A stretch of DNA of 64,000 bases from the NCBI GenBank assembly GCA_003602415.1, contig QQSK01000013.1:10152-74151 (forward strand), in the 5' to 3' direction. Position 1 is the first letter of the stretch. Each line of letters begins with the position of its first letter. The notes under the pieces are model-generated. The model was given only the letters and a program-made list of their open reading frames with translations, searched no databases and was not told the origin of the DNA. The translations under genes were made by a program, and so were the position numbers. This DNA comes from Candidatus Poseidoniales archaeon. Lineage in GTDB: Archaea > Thermoplasmatota > Poseidoniia > Poseidoniales > Poseidoniaceae. This document shows positions 29,700-38,400 of this stretch, piece after piece.

Positions 29700-30548
29700 A
29701 TGGTCGATCTGCCAAATATGGTGGCTTCGGCAATAGACAATGAACGCTCAGGCTTTTCCGTAGCAGTGTTGTTATCAAACAATTCTAGAACCGCTAAAAA
29801 GATCAGAGAAATTCTTCCTTCCAAACTTAGAATGGTAACTTTGACATCATCTACAAAGGTGTCTGATGCATTGAAAGATTCAGGAATCGAAACTAAACTG
29901 TTGGAGGATTCACTTTCTTCTCAAGGATTGTCAGTCCTTACTAATCTTCACGACATTATCTTGCAAGGTTTGGGTGAGGGGAGCTTCAAATCCAACGATC
30001 GAATTATTGCAATTTTAGCTGAACCAATGAATGGAATTATTGTAATCGAAGCCAGTTCCTTGACCTCCAATCGATTAGCAATCATGGCAAATGAGCACGA
30101 TATCGACATTGAGGTTTTGGCCCGCATGATGGAATTAGCACGACATATCGGGGGAAGGGGAAGAGAAGGACATGCTGTTGGTGCATTGTTTGCAATAGGC
30201 TCGGTTCCAAAATTACGACGCTACTCTACAGCACTAGTCCTGAATCCTTTCAAAGGGCACTCAGATTCGAAGAAAAGTGTAACCTCGCTAAACAATCACG
30301 AAACTTTGGCCGAATTTGCTTGGTTAGATGGGGCGATTTTATTCAACTCCAAAGGTATTGCAAGCGATGCAGGTAGATATGTGCAAGTTCCATCAGGAAT
30401 CAATCCTAAACCAGGAGAAGGGGGTCGCCATCTTGCAGCAAGAGCGATTAGCCAATTAGCAGAAGCTATCGCAATCTGTGTTTCATCTAGTGGAGTTATT
30501 ACCTTGTATTCCAATGGCAAAGAAAGATATCGCGTCAGGCTCTCCTGA
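29700..30548 (+). CDS. dacZ: Diadenylate cyclase (DisA_N/DAC domain with N-terminal extra domain, DacZ-like)
   Basis: GREGHAVGALF, LNPFKGH, EFAWLDGA (DGA motif), GGRHLAA, VSSSG. GAGGTG RBS, 9 nt after the macro gene stop. Confidence 0.85.
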   Translation: MVDLPNMVASAIDNERSGFSVAVLLSNNSRTAKKIREILPSKLRMVTLTSSTKVSDALKDSGIETKLLEDSLSSQGLSVLTNLHDIILQGLGEGSFKSNDRIIAILAEPMNGIIVIEASSLTSNRLAIMANEHDIDIEVLARMMELARHIGGRGREGHAVGALFAIGSVPKLRRYSTALVLNPFKGHSDSKKSVTSLNNHETLAEFAWLDGAILFNSKGIASDAGRYVQVPSGINPKPGEGGRHLAARAISQLAEAIAICVSSSGVITLYSNGKERYRVRLS

Positions 30549-31269
30549 TCGCTTCAAGCATTGATATCTCTCCACAGGCTACCATTCTAGCCAACTCGGT
30601 AGAGATAGTTAGGCCACCCAAACTCTGAATCCTAGACTGCCTTTGAATTTCTTTTAGGTCGCCGTCTGTGGGATTCAATTCTCGCTTTACATACACCTTT
30701 GCTCCTCCCATCAGTGCTATGCGTGTTGCAGCGTGAATATGCGCTTTTGAACGAGAACCAGAACTAGTTCTATATTCACTAACTTGAAGAGTTTCAATTT
30801 CTCTATCAAGCAATTGATTGATAATTCTGTCACGAATTAATGGCGCTCCATCTCCAACTTTGACATACAACCTTTGATGCTCAACAGCTGAAGACAATCC
30901 AACAACATGTTCAACCACATTGTCAATGCTCTCTAATTGAGCACTACCTACAACTATGCCGTCTGCTAACCATGCTAGTCCAGGTCTTGGGCCAGGGTCA
31001 ATTCCGAAAACTAATGTAATCGCAGAATCTAATCCACGAGATGCTTGTATCGCTCTTTCAACCGCGATTTCGATATTTTCTTCCATTGCCGGTATGCCGC
31101 CATCTGTGACTTCTTCGGGAGAAGTTAGCAATACGCCATCCCATGAATCTCCAGATGATAACATCACAAAATCACAATTTCTCCGCTTTAGTTCTCGCAT
31201 CAAATGGAACGAAAGACGAAAATCGTCGGTTCTAACCGCTATCCGGCGCACAGTCTCTCCTAGCATCAA
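30535..31269 (-). CDS. Predicted RNase H-fold nuclease (YqgF/RuvC-like, archaeal family)
   Basis: VFGIDPGPRPGLA, VKVGDG, VSEYRTS, AATRIA, and a C-terminal helical domain. Confidence 0.7.
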   Translation of the reverse strand: MMLGETVRRIAVRTDDFRLSFHLMRELKRRNCDFVMLSSGDSWDGVLLTSPEEVTDGGIPAMEENIEIAVERAIQASRGLDSAITLVFGIDPGPRPGLAWLADGIVVGSAQLESIDNVVEHVVGLSSAVEHQRLYVKVGDGAPLIRDRIINQLLDREIETLQVSEYRTSSGSRSKAHIHAATRIALMGGAKVYVKRELNPTDGDLKEIQRQSRIQSLGGLTISTELARMVACGEISMLEAIRRA

Positions 31270-31333
31270 TCACGCTTCAATATGACGCGTAATCAGCGAT
31301 ATCATCAAAAGCACTTGACAACGATTCTCAATC

Positions 31334-31957
31334 GTGGCAAGCCAATACGAGAGAGAACTCCGTGCAGTTCTCGCAGGGATTCCAAAAGGAGTTGAAGCGG
31401 TAACAAGATCTTGTGACGCAATAGCCAAAGCTCGTGCTATGCAAGTCATTGAAAGGCCATTCCTAGTGGTAAGGGCAGCAGGCTCTGGAATGGAGGGAAG
31501 TGGTGACTTATTGGCACTTAGAGGAGACTTATGTTTCCCAATAGAAGTCAAATCTTCTAAAAAATCCAAATTGTATCTTTCCGGAAGAACTTGGGACCAA
31601 TACCAAGCGATGATATACGAGGGTAAACGTTGTCAATTGATGCCTTTGTATGCCTACCGTCTGAAAGGTGTGAGGGGCGACTCATGGAGAATATTTCGTG
31701 TCGAGGTTGGAAAATTAAGCGGCCGGCTCGGAATACTAACTCGCAGAATCCCTCCTCTTCCAAAAACAAGGAATGGTAAGCCTTTCCTTGATTGGGAGCA
31801 AGGCATGCCTCTGCACAAATTCTTGTCTCTAGTTTGTAGGAAAGAAGCAAGTCCAACATTGGAATCCTTGGATAAAAGGATCAAAACAGTTGACTTTTCT
31901 AAAGAGGAAAAGAAAGAACATTCACAACTAAGAATCACAGATATGGGGCTCCAATAA
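31334..31957 (+). CDS. hjc: Archaeal Holliday junction resolvase (Thermoplasmata type)
   Basis: YEREL, VRAAGSG, GDLLALR, IEVKSS (PD-(D/E)xK core). Confidence 0.88.
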   Translation: MASQYERELRAVLAGIPKGVEAVTRSCDAIAKARAMQVIERPFLVVRAAGSGMEGSGDLLALRGDLCFPIEVKSSKKSKLYLSGRTWDQYQAMIYEGKRCQLMPLYAYRLKGVRGDSWRIFRVEVGKLSGRLGILTRRIPPLPKTRNGKPFLDWEQGMPLHKFLSLVCRKEASPTLESLDKRIKTVDFSKEEKKEHSQLRITDMGLQ

Positions 31958-33398
31958 GGATAACCATAACCATCAACAATAGCAATGAGGATAGTGTTGA
32001 GGCTTTACGTGTAACATGCTCAACCCAAAGTGGATGAATTTTGTACAGGCCGGTTTTCTTTCCGATATTCCTGATTCCTGACATCGTACCGTGAACGATG
32101 TCCTTGAACAAATGTCCTCCATCGAATGGAATCATTGGGAATAGATTGGTAAATCCAAGAAGAATGTTAACCCAAATTAACCAGAACAAGAGATTAACTA
32201 AAATCAATAATCCATCTAATCCAATCGTTGAAGCAAGCCATCCATCTCCAGAATCGAGCATTTCTTCTTGTGCAGGATGAATGGCAACCCCCTGATATTC
32301 AAACGGCGTAAACAGGATTTGCATTGTGTTGATTGGTACACTAATCACATATCCCAATGCATTACTTTCAAAATCAGGATGAGCCCAACCTGCTAGTCTG
32401 TCTACACCGGCGGTGCCTCCAGCTAGATTTTGAACCCCAAGGAATGCATCTCCCTTTTCGATGCCCATGTCTTCAATCAATTCTTCATCCCAGCCCAATT
32501 CGAGATAATGGTCGTACTTGTCGCTGAGGTTAACCATCAGAATTTCCGTACTACCGTCACTGTGGCGAATAACTTCCATAGGCACGGTTTGATTGGCAGA
32601 TAATCCATCCATTACTGTAGCAAAATCGTTTGCATCTTCAATGCCAGTTCCGTTGATTGTCGTAATGACATCCCACGCTTCTAGACCAGCATCATCTGCT
32701 CCAGAATCAATAACGATTTGGCTAGAGTGTACGCCAGGGTTTGCTGGAGAGAATTGTCCTGCCACTTGACCTAGGATAACAATGAGAATGAATGCTGCAA
32801 AAATATTGGTTGCAGGGCCTGCCGCAAACATTCGCTGGCGCTCTCTTCGAGGAGAATTTACAATCTCGTTATATTCTGGTTCTGCAAATGCACCTAGAGG
32901 CAATGGTCCGGCCATCAATAGTCCGAAATTTCGTACGCGCATGCCATGCGCCCGAGCTTGGATTCCGTGGCCAAATTCATGGATCACTAAACAAATTACG
33001 AATGCGATGACTCCCCATCCAAGAGGAATAATTGGACTAAGACCAGGTATGGCTACTAATTCAGAGACAGGCCTAGGCTCAGCGGTATTGCCCATGATTA
33101 TTGCAGAGATTATAGCAAGAATAATTCCAATTGCTACGATGAACATTGCACCCCAGCAAACCCATAGCGAAATCTCACCATAAATCCTCCAGAATTTCCT
33201 TGGACTGGAAATTTTCTCAAGGCTTTTTTTGCCCTTGGAGGTTCTAATCATCAACACCATTCCAAAGAAAACCCTTGAAGCGTCCCATTCGTCTAATTTT
33301 CCGCTATTCTCCCAATGACGTAATAGGAGATACCAACCAAATACGAGAATCAAAAATTCCGGCCAACCGAAATCGACCGCGAGAAAATTGCTTCCCAT
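31935..33398 (-). CDS. Site-2 protease (M50) with PDZ domain
   Basis: HEFGHG, GAFAEP, AAGPATN, PDZ-like ADDAGLEAWDVITTING, NLFPMIPFDGG. Confidence 0.93.
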   Translation of the reverse strand: MGSNFLAVDFGWPEFLILVFGWYLLLRHWENSGKLDEWDASRVFFGMVLMIRTSKGKKSLEKISSPRKFWRIYGEISLWVCWGAMFIVAIGIILAIISAIIMGNTAEPRPVSELVAIPGLSPIIPLGWGVIAFVICLVIHEFGHGIQARAHGMRVRNFGLLMAGPLPLGAFAEPEYNEIVNSPRRERQRMFAAGPATNIFAAFILIVILGQVAGQFSPANPGVHSSQIVIDSGADDAGLEAWDVITTINGTGIEDANDFATVMDGLSANQTVPMEVIRHSDGSTEILMVNLSDKYDHYLELGWDEELIEDMGIEKGDAFLGVQNLAGGTAGVDRLAGWAHPDFESNALGYVISVPINTMQILFTPFEYQGVAIHPAQEEMLDSGDGWLASTIGLDGLLILVNLLFWLIWVNILLGFTNLFPMIPFDGGHLFKDIVHGTMSGIRNIGKKTGLYKIHPLWVEHVTRKASTLSSLLLLMVMVILIGAPYL

Positions 33399-33471
33399 GA
33401 ACCCGCCAACAACTGATTACACTTCAACTCCGTGTCGTTTAGTTCTTCAATGACCGGCACCTGGCACTGAC

Positions 33472-34017
33472 ATGGACGCGACTAGCCCCGAAGTTGACAA
33501 CTGGATTTTAGAAGCGTTTGGCGAAGAACCTGATGCTGTATCAATCTGGTCTGAAGATGATGACATGGTACAGTTATTCTTTCGACTATCGGATAAAGTA
33601 GTAATTTCAGACCTCTCTTGGCAAGATGGGCAAATATTGGAAGAAGCTTCACTTGTTGTTAGGTTGACTAACTGGCACCCGAAGTCGATACAGACTAGGA
33701 GAATGCCAGATGGGTTTGTTAGATTCAGACACCGAAATAATGAAATTTTCTTAGCGCCAGAGGTGAAATCTGATGAGTGGGCTGCAGGTTTGCTTGAAGA
33801 TTGGTTGACTGAAATGCGAGGTCAAAATGCTATTCCAAAGAGTAGAGTGCAACGAATTTCTGGGATTAAGCGAATGCGAGATACTGTTAGCAAAATGCTC
33901 GATCAAGCGAATTTGTCGGTAATTCGCGATGAGATTAATTTCATTGAACACAGATTGAACACTGCAGACAATCGCCTTTCTGGTAAGAAGCCCAACTATT
34001 CTTCTTCCGAGGAATAA
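33472..34017 (+). CDS. Hypothetical protein with C-terminal helical region
   Basis: 181-aa ORF filling the gap between the S2P and signal peptidase genes; no recognised motif. Confidence 0.65.
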   Translation: MDATSPEVDNWILEAFGEEPDAVSIWSEDDDMVQLFFRLSDKVVISDLSWQDGQILEEASLVVRLTNWHPKSIQTRRMPDGFVRFRHRNNEIFLAPEVKSDEWAAGLLEDWLTEMRGQNAIPKSRVQRISGIKRMRDTVSKMLDQANLSVIRDEINFIEHRLNTADNRLSGKKPNYSSSEE

Positions 34018-34955
34018 ATTTTGGCGATTGCATTCTCCCTTTCTGCTTCAATCATTTCAGGAGAGTTTCGTAAAATTCTGTTGAATAATGGTTCGATTAA
34101 CATTGGAGTAACAAGAATCACTCCAATGAAAGCGATCAAGAATACAAATGAAGGCCCAGGTACTTGACTTACTCCAGGAGAATCCCCTCCGCTAACCATC
34201 AATTTGACGGTTCCAAGCCATGGTATCTCAGCACCGGATATTCCGATTACCCATTCATTTTGAACAGGACGAATCATTCCGCTGTGAAGCGAAGAAAGCC
34301 CTTGTGCGAATTCAAAAACACCTTGGTCATCGTTACAATCATTATTGTCTCCAAGAGTGATATATCCTGGATTTGCTGGAGTATAATTTTCAACACTGAA
34401 CCATGAAGAACCATGTTGTGCAGCAACTCCTCCGCAACTGTATTTTCCAGCATCATCGCCGTCGAATGTGAAATTAATTTTTTCAACGCTAACTTGATTG
34501 GTCCCGGGGACGCTCCAAGTCAGTACGCAAATATCGCCCCATAGAGTGCCTGATTCACATTCTCCATCTACCGCATCTACATTTTCAGCTACAATTATGT
34601 TGAACAATGCTCGATGAATGATGGGTGTACTAGTCGTTTCCCCATTTCTTTCATAGATTATGACGTCACCTTCCATTCCTAATGATTCGTATCCATAATC
34701 CGGAGAATCAGGATTTGTAGCTTCAGCAAAAGTGATTATTTTTTTACTATCTGGGGAGTGAACTAAAACCAAGTCTCCTGCATCTATCGTTCCAATTTCA
34801 CCATTGGAATCATGCTGCATAGAGTTTGATTCGACAACGACCAGTGGGGGCATTGAACCGGTATGAGCCCACAATGCCATAACCAATATCGAAATCATAC
34901 CAATTGCCAATACAATCTCACGAAGGAGTGTTCGGACAGGGTCAGATTCTCCCAT
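33996..34955 (-). CDS. sec11: Signal peptidase I, archaeal/ER type (S26B)
   Basis: VVVESNSMQH (catalytic Ser), GDLVLV, GDVIIY, PIIHRA (His), ITLGDNN, IPWLG. Confidence 0.9.
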   Translation of the reverse strand: MGESDPVRTLLREIVLAIGMISILVMALWAHTGSMPPLVVVESNSMQHDSNGEIGTIDAGDLVLVHSPDSKKIITFAEATNPDSPDYGYESLGMEGDVIIYERNGETTSTPIIHRALFNIIVAENVDAVDGECESGTLWGDICVLTWSVPGTNQVSVEKINFTFDGDDAGKYSCGGVAAQHGSSWFSVENYTPANPGYITLGDNNDCNDDQGVFEFAQGLSSLHSGMIRPVQNEWVIGISGAEIPWLGTVKLMVSGGDSPGVSQVPGPSFVFLIAFIGVILVTPMLIEPLFNRILRNSPEMIEAERENAIAKIYSSEEE

Positions 34956-34971
34956 TGTTACATCCCAGTAG

Positions 34972-35343
34972 TCAACGCTTCTTCAATCCCTTCTCTTGAA
35001 GGAATGCATTCCACGCTTCTAAATGACCTCCACCTAGGATACGTGCTGCTTCATCACCATTGCCTTTCTGTTTACGAAGTTCAGATGTTGATTTAGTTGA
35101 CATGATTAAATCTAATGTTTTCGCTCTAGCATTCAGATTGATGAAGGCAGGCGCAGATAATGCAAGTCCAATAATTCCCACTACAATCAATACGATCGAT
35201 GCTCCAGTGTATTCTTGGAAGTCTGCATTATCTTGTAAAAACATTAACTGAAGAGCCGACATAGTTGTCAGAAGCGAAAATGCAAATGTCGCAGTACCTG
35301 AAATTTTCAGTTGTTTTCCGTGCTGATTATCCCACCAACCCAT
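34972..35343 (-). CDS. Small two-TM membrane protein
   Basis: 123 aa with two hydrophobic helices and a basic C-terminus. AGGTGAG RBS. Confidence 0.7.
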   Translation of the reverse strand: MGWWDNQHGKQLKISGTATFAFSLLTTMSALQLMFLQDNADFQEYTGASIVLIVVGIIGLALSAPAFINLNARAKTLDLIMSTKSTSELRKQKGNGDEAARILGGGHLEAWNAFLQEKGLKKR

Positions 35344-35440
35344 ACTCTCACCTGCTTAGCGTATAGCAGTCTTATTATTCGATTTTTGCTTTTTGCAAAA
35401 CTGACTTGACTGGGTATTATTGAAATGTGATGAACCTACG

Positions 35441-35455
35441 TGGGCCGAAGGCCCA
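35441..35455. repeat. GC-rich triloop palindrome (variant copy)
   Basis: TGGGCC-GAA-GGCCCA, just upstream of the RBS of the giant surface-protein gene. Confidence 0.45.
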
Positions 35456-35478
35456 TCAGGTGCAAAGGTGATGCAAAA

Positions 35479-38400
35479 GTGAAAAAATCAGTATTCTTAG
35501 TCACAGTTTTCGTCCTATCTGTTCTTTCGCCAATAGCAATGGCGGAGGTTACTGAGACCCAATTCCAAGGTGGTTCAACGTCATACACTCACTCCTTTTC
35601 AGGCACAGGTAGCGGCTTTGCGGGTAACCTAACATTCCCTTACGGAGCCGAAGTTACAGCAGCATCCTTCGAGGTTACAGGACATCCTTCTTCTACCACA
35701 TGGGGTAATCTTTCAACCAATTCTGATTTTGGTGGCGCAGGTAGCGGAACATGGGTTGGAACACCTCCTGGTTTCGCTTCTGGAAGCAGATCAAATTTGG
35801 AAGTAGGTAACGACCAAGTCAAGTTACGTGGTAACCCTACCAACAACTTGAATGGAATCGATAGGTCAGCAGAAGCAACCTCAACTGAAACAATTAACAA
35901 TACCGGAGGATTTGCCTCAAATGGCGATCAAGGATTCATTGGAGCGACTAGTAAGCAGACATCTTTCTCTCTAACTTCATCCACCTCAAATTACCGAGGA
36001 TTCATTATTGCACATGGAGATGAATATCATTCAGCATCATACTCGGGCTCATCTATGTACAGTACTCCTGTAGTGAAAAGATACAATTCAACGACTGGAG
36101 CATTCATAGGTTCAGCAAGTATTTCATCCGGCTCATGTTCTTATTCAACACCATTGTACTCAACTTATGATGCAACCAGTGATGGAGAGGGTAATGTCTG
36201 GACTGTTTCCTACAGTTACAGAGTTTTGTTCAAGTGGTCTGTTTCACCAACGACTGGAGCATGGACTTGCCTTGGCAGTTACACATACTCTAGCAGTTAC
36301 TACCCCGTAGGAGTTGATGTGGACGAAGATTCAGGTCGTCTGTTCTTGTTGATGTATCAATCATCATATCCAAATTACAACAGATATCTGTACGAGGTTA
36401 ACCCTAGTTCTCCTTCATCGATTAATGGAAGTTGGCTATTAGGTTCAAGAGAACAAATGGGAACAACTAGTACTACAGCAACCGGTCTTGTAGTAGATCT
36501 TCCTAGAATTATGACCAATGAATACTACAGTTCCTATGGATACCACAATTATTTCACAATGAATGGAATTTTCGTTGAGAAAATGGGTAAATTACAACTC
36601 AGCGAGGGCGGCCATTATGGAATGGATCAATTGGGAGATAACACAATTGGCTCCCAATGTCATTACAACGCTTATTGTTCTACTGCGAATAGGAACAAGA
36701 TTCTCAGAGAAGGCACAGGTGCGATTTACGATTATCGCACACCAACCTCAACATCTTCAGTTGTTACCAGCACTACAACCTCTCTTACGCGCCAAATCAC
36801 TGAAATTACCGTGTCTGGGATTGTAGGTTTCATTCCTGACAATACTAGTATTGAACTTGAAGTTTCAAATGATGGAGGAACAACTTGGATGAGCGGTCTG
36901 TTCAATCAGAAATTAATTTTCTCAACAGCCGGCTCTAACGTGTTATGGAAAGCTTACCTCAATGGAACAAGCTCAGAAACTCCTGTTCTAGACTTTGTAG
37001 TTCTAACATATTCAACGAGTTATACCACAAGTGGATATTTCCAATTGCGCTCGAACTATTATTCAGGTAACGCACCTGTAGCGATAACAGCATGGTGGAA
37101 TGCAACAACCCCTGCAGGCACAGGTCTGCAAGTTGAGTTCCAAGACAGTTCGACTAAAACTTTCCAATACAGTGGCGATTCAAAGACAGTAACTATGACC
37201 AGTGGTTACATCTACATTTACGTAAGATATACCTCAACAGGTTCTGATACTCCAGTTCTGGATGATTTGAACATAGCATTGCATTCTGATGCTCCAGAAC
37301 AGGTTGGAATTGACATTGGAGGAGTTAACGGATGGACTAGCCAAGGTGTCTTGCTTGGAACTACAACTCGTGGAGGCATTCAGTTCGTTAATGCATTCAA
37401 TTCACAAATTCCTGATGAGGGCAGTGGCAGTGTATCTATTCCAGTTAACTTGACTTCTCAAACATCGGGTATTGTTGTTCTAGAACGTTTCAGTGTCACT
37501 TACAAGATTAACACCGTAAACCTTGATATTTCAATTCCTGATGGTGAAATTTTGCATGAAAGAAATGAGCCATATGAGGTCGTAACTCGACATATTGTTG
37601 GAGATGGAGCCAATAATTACATTCAGTCAGCAACTCTCTCTTTCCTCGCCTCACCAGCATCTAGTGCACCTACATTAGAATGGCAAGATGGAGATATATT
37701 CCCATCCCCTAACGATCCTGATGATTGGGTCGACATTGATCAATCCTCTTGGTCAGTTTTGAATAATGGAATTTTAGAAATCCATTGGTTATTCTATGTG
37801 ACCTCTAATTTCCCAGACCAGCAAAATGTTCGTTTCTCAACCAACTGTTTGGACACATCTGGAAGTAACGGCTACTCGCCTTCTCCATTGTCTAGCGATA
37901 CTGGATTACGTGTCAACAATTCCTTCGGACTTGGTTGGATGAATATTCGAGATAATGATGGAGAAGTTACATCAAACGATGTTGAGGATGGCAGTTGGGT
38001 TGCTGCAGGAGAAACTTTGCACTTCCAAGGTGCAATGTGGTTTGCAGATTCAACCGATGCTCCAAAGGATAATGCATTCGACGTCAGGATTTCCCAGAAT
38101 GGATATGTCGACGCTGCCTGGAGAGATACTTCCAATGTTAATGGTTCATTCTTTATCTCAATTCAGATGCCAGATATCGATGTAGAGAGTGGACTTTCAT
38201 ATGAAGTTCAGACTTATAATGAAAGAGATTCAACCATGGTTTTGGATTCCAATTCAGATTGGTTCAGGACCTACAAGGTAGATGCAACAGCACCTGAAGC
38301 ATTGGACACATACCCTGAAAATGATGCATATGAAGCAGCAGATACTGACCAGAAAATCAGTATTAGTATTTCTGATAACGTTGGCGACCCTACTGAATTA

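Noticed and set aside
29079..31957. Anti-phage defence island (Thoeris/CBASS-like) reading of macro + cyclase + nuclease
   Set aside because: No TIR, SIR2, CD-NTase or TM effector; the genes are in mixed orientation, interlocked with housekeeping hjc, and show no sign of mobility.
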